This document shows, piece after piece, positions 29,641-39,009 of a stretch of 64,000 nucleotides of DNA. The notes under the pieces were generated by a model, which ran no database searches, was not told the origin of the DNA, and saw only the letters and a list, made by a program, of their open reading frames with translations. A program made the position numbers and the translations under genes. Each line of letters begins with the position of its first letter. The first letter of the stretch is position 1. Source of the DNA: Candidatus Heimdallarchaeota archaeon (lineage in GTDB: Archaea > Asgardarchaeota > Heimdallarchaeia > Hodarchaeales > Hodarchaeaceae); assembly GCA_011364965.1 (NCBI GenBank), contig RDOB01000001.1:64001-128000 (forward strand). The letters run 5' to 3'.

Positions 29641-30576
29641 TTGCCACAAGAACCTAAATGTCCCGAATGCGGTAGTGTAGATATAGTTAGTGATTTTACT
29701 AAAGGTACCTCTGTTTGCGCTTCATGTGGATTGGTTCTTGACTTTACACTTGATACTGGACCTGAATGGAGAGCTTATGATTCAAGTGAACTTCAAGAAA
29801 GGTCAAGGACTGGAAGCCCTATTACTCCTCTTAAGGCTGAAATGGGCCTTAGAACTCAAATTGGAAACATCAGAAAAGATATTTCGGGAAAAACGTTACC
29901 TTTTACGTCTCAAACAAAATATAGAAGACTTTCACGTATTGATAATAGGACAAGAAAGTCTGAAATCCGCAATCTACGATTTGCATTAAAAGAATTGAAA
30001 AGAATTAAGAGTCAACTTGAATTACCAGACGATGTTGCTGAAATGGGAGCGATGATTTATAGAAAAGCACTCAAGAAGAACCTAATCCGTGGTAGATCTA
30101 TTGATGGAATGATTGCAGCTAGTTTATATCTTGCCTGTAGGAAGAAAAAACTACCTCAAACTCTCAAAGATATTGCATCAGTTTCTAATATTTCCGCTAA
30201 AGAATTAGGACGATGTATTAGAATTATATTACAAAAATTAGACCTAAAAGTCTCACCAAGTGACTATTCTGCTCTTGTTTATCGTTTAGGTATCAACTTG
30301 CGAGTTACAATGAAAGCTCGACGTCAAGCAGTTAAAATATTAAATATAGCTCGTTCACGAGGGGCTACTGTTGGAAAAAATCCCATGAGTCTTGCTGCTG
30401 CTGCTTTATATATCTCAACTATCCAGACAGGGGAACGTAGAACTCAACAAGAAATAGCTAGTATAGCAAAAATTACTCCAGTAACAATTCGAAATCGTTT
30501 CAAAGAACTAGTTAAAATCTTAGATGCTGAATCGAAAAGAACAGGTAATGATACTTTTAGAACGTTGCTGATTTAA
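29641..30576 (+). CDS. tfb: Transcription initiation factor IIB
   Basis: CPECG Zn ribbon, GPEWRAY, RGRS, two cyclin repeats, VTIRNR. Confidence 0.96.
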   Translation: MPQEPKCPECGSVDIVSDFTKGTSVCASCGLVLDFTLDTGPEWRAYDSSELQERSRTGSPITPLKAEMGLRTQIGNIRKDISGKTLPFTSQTKYRRLSRIDNRTRKSEIRNLRFALKELKRIKSQLELPDDVAEMGAMIYRKALKKNLIRGRSIDGMIAASLYLACRKKKLPQTLKDIASVSNISAKELGRCIRIILQKLDLKVSPSDYSALVYRLGINLRVTMKARRQAVKILNIARSRGATVGKNPMSLAAAALYISTIQTGERRTQQEIASIAKITPVTIRNRFKELVKILDAESKRTGNDTFRTLLI

Positions 30577-30586
30577 TGATTAAATT

Positions 30587-31318
30587 CTAGGTTTCTTCGA
30601 TGGAAGCAATTCTACCATCTCTAATGTGAAATATACGACTAGATTGCCTTGCTATATTCGGATCGTGCGTTACCAAGACCAATGTCTGATTTTCAGTCCG
30701 ATTTACCTCTCTAAGTAATTTAAGAACGGATTGTCCAGTTTCTGTGTCCAAATCTCCAGTAGGTTCGTCTGCAAGTAAAATAGATGGTCGATTTGCCAAG
30801 GATCTAGCAATAGCGACTCTTTGTCTTTCTCCTCCACTCAACTCATCTGGTTTATGATCTTTCCGGTTTAACAAATCAACTTTCTCTAAAAGCTCCAATG
30901 CTCGACTAGTACGCTCATCTTTCGCTACCCCAGCAATTAACATTGGTAATTCAACATTTTCTACAGCGGTAAGAACAGGTAATAGATTATAGAATTGGAA
31001 AATGAAACCAACACTTTTTCTTCGGATTTCGGTTAATTCTTTCTCGTTCGCATTCGAAACATCGCGCCCTTCGATGAAGATTTTCCCTGAGCTTGGATAG
31101 TCGAGAGAACCAATGATATTCAAAAGAGTTGTTTTGCCACAACCAGAGGGTCCCATGATACTTACCATTTCCCCACGATTAATTGTCATATTGATACCTC
31201 TTAGGGCTTCTACTCTCACTTCACCCAAAATGTAGATTTTACGTAGGTCTACACATCTTAAAACAGCATCAGATCCACTGGTATTGGTGTTTGTCATTAT
31301 TTGATCCTCTAAGCTCAA
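30587..31318 (-). CDS. ABC transporter ATP-binding protein (LolD/MacB type)
   Basis: GPSGCGKT, LSGGERQR, ADEPTGDLD, VTHD; no adjacent permease. Confidence 0.93.
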   Translation of the reverse strand: MSLEDQIMTNTNTSGSDAVLRCVDLRKIYILGEVRVEALRGINMTINRGEMVSIMGPSGCGKTTLLNIIGSLDYPSSGKIFIEGRDVSNANEKELTEIRRKSVGFIFQFYNLLPVLTAVENVELPMLIAGVAKDERTSRALELLEKVDLLNRKDHKPDELSGGERQRVAIARSLANRPSILLADEPTGDLDTETGQSVLKLLREVNRTENQTLVLVTHDPNIARQSSRIFHIRDGRIASIEET

Positions 31319-31397
31319 TCCAGCATATCTAAGATAGTATTTATAAATAATTAGATAGAAGTTATTCTACTGGATTAATGGTGGTGCCAAATCAAGT

Positions 31398-31850
31398 ATG
31401 TTAAATAAACTCCTAGAGAATCCTAATGTGCTTGAAATATTATCTCTACTCTGCGAACGTAATATGACATTACCAGAAATTATTTCTGTTAAAAAGGAAA
31501 TAGAAGGACAAAAAATTCTTGCTTTCCTAGGAGAATTGTCATATTACGGAATAATTTCAGTAGAAAAAGAACAGGGGAAGAAGAAGAAAGATAATGATAG
31601 TCAAAACCCGAACTCTCCTCTATTGGGAGAAAATTTCACCCCAATGTCTATATTGGAAATAAATTCTCCTTTTTTTGGGTTATCTGCGATTGAATTCACT
31701 ACTATTTGGGAAGAAGTTAATAAAGATTCTGATAAAGTAGAATTTTTAACCTCTAATCAGATAAATTTTTCTCTTTCACATGAAATTAAAGCGAAATTGA
31801 AAAATTGTGATGTTAAAGAAATTAAAGAGATTTTCACACTATCTGCATAA
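31398..31850 (+). CDS. Hypothetical protein with N-terminal winged-helix-like pattern
   Basis: LLENP..LEIL..L.E..MTL.EI...LGEL..YGII resembles ArsR-like wHTH. Confidence 0.5.
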   Translation: MLNKLLENPNVLEILSLLCERNMTLPEIISVKKEIEGQKILAFLGELSYYGIISVEKEQGKKKKDNDSQNPNSPLLGENFTPMSILEINSPFFGLSAIEFTTIWEEVNKDSDKVEFLTSNQINFSLSHEIKAKLKNCDVKEIKEIFTLSA

Positions 31851-32071
31851 GATTTTTGAAGGTGATGTCTCCTAAAATTAAACAAAACTTAAAATAAAGG
31901 GAGATTTAACTTAAGAATAACCTCAATGCCCAAAATTACCAGAATAAAGACAATTAAAGCCATTAAATAACGAAAAAGTTTTTCAAGACGATTCAAAGTA
32001 GCTTCTACATGGATAATATATCATCCTTTCTCATTTAAAGAAATATCTCTACATTCAAAGGGATTTGGTTC

Positions 32072-33688
32072 TTGTTGTACCGCCAGAATGCAATTTTAAA
32101 TGATTTTGTTAATTTTCTAAAGGCTCGTGGACGATTCCGAGATATTGAATTTATTGAAAATAGTGTTCAAGCCACTCCAAGAATACCAGATCTTCCTTCT
32201 CTGGTATTTTATATAGAAGAATCGCGATCGGAACAGCAATATATTTTGGAAATTCATGGTAACGAATCTGCAGTAATGAATCGTGAAATTGAAGAATTTT
32301 TTAATTTAAATCAATTGAGTTGTAAAAAGATCCGAATAAAGCAATTTATTACCAGCGATAGCAAAGAGCCTCTTTTAGTCGAAATTGAAGGGAGCGGGGA
32401 AATTTTTGATACTTTGAGTAGTGATGTCAATGATTTATTAGCAGATCACGAGCTTGTGGTTGAAAAAACACAGAAAACTCTTTTTTTTAGTAAAATTACA
32501 AAAAACGCAAATCAGATTCCAATTAGACAAATGCAAGTAAAGCGCCCACAAGAACGCTCCTCAACAGCAAGTACGGAAGAAACTGCACGAATTAGAGTAA
32601 TAAAATCCCAAACTGTTGCGAATCATTCGATTACAGAAGAATCAGAAGAAATTTCAAAAGTGGAATCAATTTCCAAGAAACCCCATACTCCGAATAAGAA
32701 AGAAATTCTAAATCATGCAGAACAGGAATTATTTGAGGATTCATTAGAGACTATCAGTCGAGTTGATGATGAAATTCCCGAAAAAGAGCTATTCAGAGAC
32801 GCCCCCTCCCAATCAAGTGGATCTGAAGATTCACAATCAGATCTTTTTAATCCACCTCCTCCCTCAAGGGAATATTCAGACGATATAAGGCCTTACCTAA
32901 AACAAACTTCTTCACTCTTCAGAAAAGATAACTGGGAAGAAGATTTGCCTACAGAAAGGGAAATGGAAATACTTGAACGAACCTATATGCGGATTAAACA
33001 TAGAACAAAACCTGAAATCTTAGCTAAAGATCTTGGAATTGAAGTAGAGGGAGCAGAATCTTATTTAAGAAGTTTAATTTCAAAGGGATTACTACGTACT
33101 CAAGTAGGGTGGTATATTATAAAAAAGAGTCACTTACCCTTCTTTAAAAATACCTTTGCAGATGATTCGAAGAAAAAAAGGAAGAAAAAATCTCCAAGAA
33201 TTTCCCGCGTAGGAGAAGGCCTCACTCCTGAAGAAATTGCAACCATAAGAGCTATTAAATCACGACCTAATCTAAAAGCTCAATCAAACCTATTAACTAG
33301 GCCAACAGGATTAAAACAAAGCGTTCTCAAGGAAGTTCTGCGAAATCTTGTAGACAAAGGAATATTAAGAGTATCTTATGGTTGGTATATACTGAAGGAT
33401 AAACATATTTTAGAACATAAAAGAGGGGAAATCCCGCCTGAAACTACTTCAGAGACTCTTAGTTTCAAGATACCCTCAGAATTGAAACTGTCAGAACCCG
33501 AACAAAGAGTAATCCACGCGTTGCTTCAACGACCCCAGTTTAAAGCACAATCAAATTTACTCACTACTGATGTGAAACTACCTAAAGATCAAATTAAACA
33601 GGTTTTAAGAGATCTAGTAGATAAGAAAATATGTAAGGTGACTTATGGATGGTATACTTTAAAAGATCCTGAAATTTTCCAATCATAG
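32072..33688 (+). CDS. Hypothetical protein with acidic linker and three tandem winged-helix repeats
   Basis: Three ~60-aa repeats, each ending L..KG/K.....GWY..K. Confidence 0.75.
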   Translation: MLYRQNAILNDFVNFLKARGRFRDIEFIENSVQATPRIPDLPSLVFYIEESRSEQQYILEIHGNESAVMNREIEEFFNLNQLSCKKIRIKQFITSDSKEPLLVEIEGSGEIFDTLSSDVNDLLADHELVVEKTQKTLFFSKITKNANQIPIRQMQVKRPQERSSTASTEETARIRVIKSQTVANHSITEESEEISKVESISKKPHTPNKKEILNHAEQELFEDSLETISRVDDEIPEKELFRDAPSQSSGSEDSQSDLFNPPPPSREYSDDIRPYLKQTSSLFRKDNWEEDLPTEREMEILERTYMRIKHRTKPEILAKDLGIEVEGAESYLRSLISKGLLRTQVGWYIIKKSHLPFFKNTFADDSKKKRKKKSPRISRVGEGLTPEEIATIRAIKSRPNLKAQSNLLTRPTGLKQSVLKEVLRNLVDKGILRVSYGWYILKDKHILEHKRGEIPPETTSETLSFKIPSELKLSEPEQRVIHALLQRPQFKAQSNLLTTDVKLPKDQIKQVLRDLVDKKICKVTYGWYTLKDPEIFQS

Positions 33689-33841
33689 ATCTTATTTGAG
33701 TTAATCTTTTCAATATCTAATGATCCCGAAGAGTCAGTTTCATAATTCGAAGAATATATATTATAACCCGTTTAAGGTGTCATTAAATAGAGATTCATAT
33801 CATAGTAAATATCTTCAACAGAATACTTAAGAGAGAACGAT

Positions 33842-34582
33842 ATGGTAGTTGAAAAGGATTCCTCAGATCTTTTTAAAGATTCCACGAATTTAGATAAAGC
33901 TGAACAGAAAAATCTTAAAAAACCTTCTTCTAAGCGTTTTCATAATGATAAATTGATGTTATCAACATTAGCAATAGCAACTATCATTACTTTTTTACTA
34001 TATACTGTCCCTGATTGGGTATTTTATGAAATACCTACTCGAGATATAATTAGTATTCTGCTAGATTTCTTTGGTGTCTTCCATACTTTGATACCAACGG
34101 TAGATCCGAATTCGATCATTCCTGAAACTCTCAGAGGTGGATCTTTTCCTTTTCTGGAGGCAACTATTCAAACCCCAGGAATTCATATTCCGTCAACTAA
34201 CGGCGATTATTGGATAGTAAAAGCATGTACAGGCATGCAAGCAGGATCCTTACTTATCGCTATTATCATGGTAACAGAAGCTACATGGAAAGCTAAAATT
34301 AAAGCGAGTATGGTATTTTTCTTTTCTTTGTTCATTGGAAATGCTTTAAGAATCACTTTTCACCTTTTATGTGTCTATATTCTAGTTAATACTTTTGAAA
34401 TGGATCCAGAGACCGCGTTTTATTGGGCACATGATGTTTCTTCTAAAGTTATAGGATTCTTTGGAACTATATTATTCGCGATAATTATCGAAAGAATGGG
34501 CGTTCCAATAATAGACCAATTTGCAGACTGGTTAGATTATATGTGGTGGAGGGGAAATAAGATTATTGAATCTATTATTTAA
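33842..34582 (+). CDS. Exosortase/archaeosortase family protein
   Basis: Catalytic Cys in VKACTG, Arg in GNALR, His in WAHD; multi-TM. Confidence 0.85.
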   Translation: MVVEKDSSDLFKDSTNLDKAEQKNLKKPSSKRFHNDKLMLSTLAIATIITFLLYTVPDWVFYEIPTRDIISILLDFFGVFHTLIPTVDPNSIIPETLRGGSFPFLEATIQTPGIHIPSTNGDYWIVKACTGMQAGSLLIAIIMVTEATWKAKIKASMVFFFSLFIGNALRITFHLLCVYILVNTFEMDPETAFYWAHDVSSKVIGFFGTILFAIIIERMGVPIIDQFADWLDYMWWRGNKIIESII

Positions 34583-34646
34583 TTTTTTAAATATCGAGAT
34601 CTTCTTCTGGGAGGGAATCCATCATATTATGGTTTTACCTATTCTA

Positions 34647-34846
34647 AAGGACTTCTATTTAGATACTATGTCTTAGGATTCATTCTTTGGGTGAGAGTCT
34701 ACATAATTATAATCCTGTGACAGAAGGAAGTCCTTATGAAAGCGAATAAAACAAAAAAGCGGGTAAAGAGCTAATGATCCTTCGTTCGAATACCTCCTGT
34801 AATTTCAGTAGAAGGAAGTAATTTGTTCCTTTGCTCATCTGAGCTC
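34647..34846 (+). ncRNA. Candidate structured RNA(s): long hairpin plus C/D-like element
   Basis: Nested stems 34647-55/34727-35, 34669-72/34719-22, 34675-80/34711-16; GAGC-TAATGA...CTGA-GCTC at 34768-34846. Confidence 0.35.
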
Positions 34847-34919
34847 AGGTAGGAATCTAAAGCTTCTTAAAGATAAACATGCATTGAGTCTCTCGTTCTA
34901 AAACGATGGTGTGAACTAG

Positions 34920-35099
34920 TTGAGTGTAAGACGAGCCAAGAAAAGAGATGATTCACCGATGCCAGCAACAGGGGCTGGTCTTATAAGATTCTATTCTGAA
35001 TCTGATTCCCCGGGGATTAAAATCGGGCCATACTGGACGGTAGGGATTGCTATTGTCTTTGTTGGTATAATTATTATTTTAAATATACTTCAGGTTTAA
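34920..35099 (+). CDS. Protein translocase subunit Sec61beta (missing from ORF track)
   Basis: TTG start; MSVRRAKKRDDSPMPATGAGLIRFYSESDSPGIKIGPYWTVGIAIVFVGIIIILNILQV*; AGLIRFY and DSPG.K.GP motifs, tail anchor. Confidence 0.93.
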   Translation: MSVRRAKKRDDSPMPATGAGLIRFYSESDSPGIKIGPYWTVGIAIVFVGIIIILNILQV

Positions 35100-35238
35100 A
35101 TAGGAGATTATCTATCTAAAATTTTGAAAACCATCGTTCTGATACCCTAGGAAATAAATTTCCAATAAAAAAGGAGAAAATTAACCTGTTTTTGAGGTAA
35201 TGTTTTTAATAATAAAACGATATAGATGATTTATAAAA

Positions 35239-36141
35239 ATGGATTTCGTGATTAATATGTCTAAAAATATTCCAGTTTCTAAGATTATGACAAAAAGAGA
35301 AGAAGTCGTCACAATGGATATTCCTGGAAATAGGGATCAACTACTAGAAGCAATTCAAGAAACTGGATTAAGTGTATATCCTGTTGTTAAGAAAGGAACA
35401 AACGAACTTGCGGGAATTGTCTCACGTTCAGACCTATTTAAGAACCCTGATGAAACCCAGCTTTCTTTATTGATGATACGCGATGTTGTGACTCTGAAAG
35501 AAACTGATACAGTAATAGCAGCCTCTAAGATTTTTATTCGCCATGTTTTCCAAAGGATTCCGATAGTGGATGAAGATGGAATAACTCTAAAAGGAATTGT
35601 TTCTCGAGATGACATAGTTAAAAAAGTTGTTGTGCCAGCGAAAATTGATATCGAAATTGACTATTATTTTGATAAGAATGTAGCTACAATTTGGGAAGGT
35701 ACTCCCTTACCAGTAGCAGCTAAAATTTTGCGTCTTTGCCATCAAAAAGGATTACCAGTACTCAATGAAACTGAGATGGTTGGCATAATCACTCAAAATG
35801 ATTTTCTTAAAGTGGCAGAGATCTGGGATTCTATGAGTAAAAGTTTAACAGGACATGGCGCTGAAAATGACAGTTCATCTTGGGACAGTGAATCTATTCT
35901 CATCATCGGAGCTAAAACTTTAACACTTCCCAGAAATTTGAAAGTATCAGATATTATGGAGACCAATATTGAAGTTTGTTATTCTTATAGCACTATTGAA
36001 GATATTTCAAGAAAAATGGTTCAAAAGAAAATTGATCAGCTGCCCGTTGTGAGTCCAGATGGATCAATTTTAGGAATTATTAATCAAAAACATGTTATAA
36101 GCGCTTATATCGATTTTATTGAGGGAAAAGTCATCGAGTGA
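35239..36141 (+). CDS. Four-CBS-domain protein
   Basis: Four CBS motifs (YPVV..GIV, IPIV..GIV, LPVL..GII, LPVV..GII). Confidence 0.88.
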   Translation: MDFVINMSKNIPVSKIMTKREEVVTMDIPGNRDQLLEAIQETGLSVYPVVKKGTNELAGIVSRSDLFKNPDETQLSLLMIRDVVTLKETDTVIAASKIFIRHVFQRIPIVDEDGITLKGIVSRDDIVKKVVVPAKIDIEIDYYFDKNVATIWEGTPLPVAAKILRLCHQKGLPVLNETEMVGIITQNDFLKVAEIWDSMSKSLTGHGAENDSSSWDSESILIIGAKTLTLPRNLKVSDIMETNIEVCYSYSTIEDISRKMVQKKIDQLPVVSPDGSILGIINQKHVISAYIDFIEGKVIE

Positions 36142-36174
36142 AATTTATACAATATCTATTCCTGTTCTTCTTCC

Positions 36175-37020
36175 GTGGTACCTCAATTGACCAAAATTAT
36201 TGCTATTCCTGATTCTGCAGTATATGATTGTAGTGATATTCGTTCGAAAACTGATAAAATCTTCCAAATAGCTAGAATTGTAGCTATCTTTGAATTTTCG
36301 GACATTATAATATACCATGACCCTCATCTAAAACCCCGGGAAGCTCATAGAGAACGTAGAATCATCAATCGAATCCTAAAATATGTTGAATGTCCCCAAT
36401 ACTTAAGAAAACGATTATTTCCACTTTCAAGAGATTTTGTAGCTGTAGGAACTCTTTCTCCATTAGCACTTCCTCATCATTCTTTATCAAAAGCAATTAA
36501 AGTGAATGAGTATAGAGAAGCAGCAATTTTTCTCAATCAAGGGAGAGTTCGTGCAGATGTTGGATATTCTCATTTATTAGAGGTAGAATCAGTTCCAAAT
36601 ATTTCCTTTGTTAATCGCACTATGCGAGTTACTGTAAAAATCCAAGAAAAAGATACCACGTTTTTTGCCAAAGTAGTCCCAAAACCTCCTAAAAACGTTT
36701 ATTGGGGATATAAGGTTCATTCCTCTGCAGCTACTTTAACTAAATTATTAAAAGATCGTCCTGAATATAAAATAGCAACCTCTCGAACGTGTCAACCCAT
36801 TTCGGAGATTTCGATTAGCCCTAGTAGGTACAATAATCTATTAGTTGCATTTGGAGGACCTTATCACGGAATACCTGAAATTCTAAAGGCAGATGGTAAG
36901 AAGATCAATGAAATCTTTGATATTTGTATTAGTATCTTAAAACATTATGGAACTCGAGCCTTACGGCTTGAGGAAGCGCTATCAATTACTCTTAGTAGAC
37001 TTCAGGACGTAATAAAATAG
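36175..37020 (+). CDS. SPOUT-family RNA methyltransferase (MTH1/C9orf114 type)
   Basis: IAIPDS, ECPQYLRK, PLALPH, YWGY, AFGGP, GTRALRLEEA. Confidence 0.88.
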   Translation: MVPQLTKIIAIPDSAVYDCSDIRSKTDKIFQIARIVAIFEFSDIIIYHDPHLKPREAHRERRIINRILKYVECPQYLRKRLFPLSRDFVAVGTLSPLALPHHSLSKAIKVNEYREAAIFLNQGRVRADVGYSHLLEVESVPNISFVNRTMRVTVKIQEKDTTFFAKVVPKPPKNVYWGYKVHSSAATLTKLLKDRPEYKIATSRTCQPISEISISPSRYNNLLVAFGGPYHGIPEILKADGKKINEIFDICISILKHYGTRALRLEEALSITLSRLQDVIK

Positions 37021-37124
37021 GGAAGGAAGGAATTAAGGCTTTCATTTTCCTTCAGAACTTTTTAAAATTCCGTATATTCTTCCTTTATATTGATAAGAAT
37101 ATATTTCTTTCCTCCCAAGGATTA

Positions 37125-37235
37125 GCGGGGGTTCCCTAGCCAGGTCAACGGGGACAGAACGCAGTGTATGCGTTGTCTAGACTCAAGATCTGTTAGCGTA
37201 GGCTTTCAGGAGTTCAAATCTCCTCCCCCGCACCA
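37125..37235 (+). tRNA. tRNA-Leu(CAA) with 23-nt non-canonical intron in the anticodon stem; CCA encoded
   Basis: GCGGGGG...ACAG[AACGCAGTGTATGCGTTGTCTAG]A CTCAAGA TCTGT...GTTCAAATC...CCCCCGCACCA; removing 37158-37180 restores ACAGA/TCTGT. Confidence 0.92.
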
Positions 37236-37289
37236 TTTATATTTGTTCTCTACCTTTTAGAAAATCTTAAAAAATAAATTGGTATTATT

Positions 37290-37952
37290 ATGAGCTCAGA
37301 GGATATCATTCCAGGAATCACACCCACACGAATGCAGCTCTTGGATCTAAATCAAAGATTAGAACTTGCAAACAAGGGTTATGAATTATTAAGTGAAAAA
37401 TTGGAAGCTTTAACTGGTGAATTATTCTCTGCTATTGATACATATAAAGAAGCTCGAAAAAGAGTCGAAATCGCTGTCCAAAAATCTTATAAGGAACTTA
37501 GACAACTGGAACTTCAAATGGGGGATTTTGCAATTTCTAAGGTAGCTATGAGTTATCCTCGTCTCTTTTCAATTGAAAGCCAAAAACGTAACATGATGGG
37601 TATTTCTGTACCTATTTTTAGACTTACTAAAGAAATATCAAAGGATTCGATTTTAAATTATTCAATGAGTGAAACAACAGCAAGGTTCGATACTGCACTT
37701 TTGACATTTGAAAGTGCTTTAAAAGCGATAGTTGACCTTGCGGAAATCCATTCTAGCTTAACTAGATTAGCAAAAGAAATAACAGATACAAAACGAAGAG
37801 TTAACGCTCTTAATTACATTATTATCCCGCGCATTAGGGCAACAGTAGCTTGGATCAAGCTAACATTAGCAGAACAAGAGCGAGAGTCTTTTGTACGATT
37901 AAAAAAAGTAAAAAAGAAAATATCAGCTAATTCTATGTCAGAATCGGGCTAA
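37290..37952 (+). CDS. atpD: A/V-type ATP synthase subunit D
   Basis: PTRMQL, GYELL..K, NMMG..VP, TKRRVNAL, EQERE.F.RLK. Confidence 0.95.
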   Translation: MSSEDIIPGITPTRMQLLDLNQRLELANKGYELLSEKLEALTGELFSAIDTYKEARKRVEIAVQKSYKELRQLELQMGDFAISKVAMSYPRLFSIESQKRNMMGISVPIFRLTKEISKDSILNYSMSETTARFDTALLTFESALKAIVDLAEIHSSLTRLAKEITDTKRRVNALNYIIIPRIRATVAWIKLTLAEQERESFVRLKKVKKKISANSMSESG

Positions 37953-38689
37953 CGGATACGCCCACGGCGAAGTCCCGTACGTCTTGCAGCTATCAATCCC
38001 ACTTTTCGACCCGGGGGGGCATTTCGAGATACAGTAGTGGGTTGACCTGGACCCTGATGACTTCCACCACCGAACGGGTGAGTAACAATATTCATCGCGA
38101 CTCCACGTACCACAGGAAAAGCTTTGTGACCTTTTGCCCTCATATATGCTCTTTTAAGACCTGCTTTTAAAAATGGACGATCAGGGCGGCCTCCTCCTGA
38201 TATAACCCCAACCATAGCTCTAGCATTGTTATGAATTGTTTTCATCTTCCGTGAAGGCAATTGAATGATGGTACCTTCTTTAACGTGAGATTTTACCTGC
38301 CCATGCGTTCCAGACGCCCGACAAAGTTTTCCTCCATCTCCGGGTCTCATTTCAATATTGCAGATCCATATTCCTTCTGGAATATTACCGATAGGTAAGA
38401 TATTTCCTACATTTAAAGCTGCTTTTTGTCCTTGCTCGAGGTTTTGACCGATATACACTCCTTCTGGGGCAGGAAGAATACTTTCATCTCCATTGCTATA
38501 CTTAACAAGCATTAATGGTAATCCTCTTCCTCTTTCGTGGATGAAGTCAATAATTGTGAAATTAAGCTTATCATTAATTTCCGCTTCCGAAAGGGGCAGA
38601 TAACGAGATCTTCCCTTCCTTCGATGTGAAAGAGCTCGAAAAACAGAGGTTCCGCGCCCACGACGTTGAACTAAAATACGCTTTCCCAT
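37949..38689 (-). CDS. rpl2: 50S ribosomal protein L2
   Basis: MGKRILVQRRGRG, RGVAMN..HPFGGG, PPGRKVG. Confidence 0.98.
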   Translation of the reverse strand: MGKRILVQRRGRGTSVFRALSHRRKGRSRYLPLSEAEINDKLNFTIIDFIHERGRGLPLMLVKYSNGDESILPAPEGVYIGQNLEQGQKAALNVGNILPIGNIPEGIWICNIEMRPGDGGKLCRASGTHGQVKSHVKEGTIIQLPSRKMKTIHNNARAMVGVISGGGRPDRPFLKAGLKRAYMRAKGHKAFPVVRGVAMNIVTHPFGGGSHQGPGQPTTVSRNAPPGRKVGLIAARRTGLRRGRIR

Positions 38690-38702
38690 GATTTACACCT
38701 TC

Positions 38703-38984
38703 TTAAATTATTCCAACCTCTGTAGCTAGATCTAAGGCACTATGATCAGGAGAAAGCTTTATGAAGGCTTTTTTTTCTCCTCTAGGGGTTATTAAGGTAT
38801 TAACTTTGATAACTTTAACATCATATAGTGATTCAAAGGCATTCCGAATTTCCTTTTTTGTTGCTCTTCGATCAACAATGAAAACTAATGCATTTTCGCT
38901 TAGATTATCCATTTTATTGAATGCTGCTTCTGTGATTAGTGGATATTTAATTATATCCTGAGGTTGTCTAAATTTCAATTTCAT
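38703..38984 (-). CDS. rpl23: 50S ribosomal protein L23
   Basis: IIKYPLITE, KVNTLITP.GEKKA. Confidence 0.97.
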   Translation of the reverse strand: MKLKFRQPQDIIKYPLITEAAFNKMDNLSENALVFIVDRRATKKEIRNAFESLYDVKVIKVNTLITPRGEKKAFIKLSPDHSALDLATEVGII

Positions 38985-39009
38985 TCACTCCGATTAATAT
39001 TCCTATGGT

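Noticed and set aside
29690-29989. 99-aa ORF
   Set aside because: Out-of-frame overlap within tfb
32945-33688. Z-alpha (Z-DNA binding) assignment for the wHTH repeats
   Set aside because: Superficial similarity (EQR, PK..I..VL, wing Trp), but the key Asn and Tyr of the recognition helix and the PP wing are absent
34600-34740. RNase P RNA (ACAGAAGG and GAAGTCC-like words)
   Set aside because: Motifs are in the wrong order, P4 cannot be formed and the region is too short
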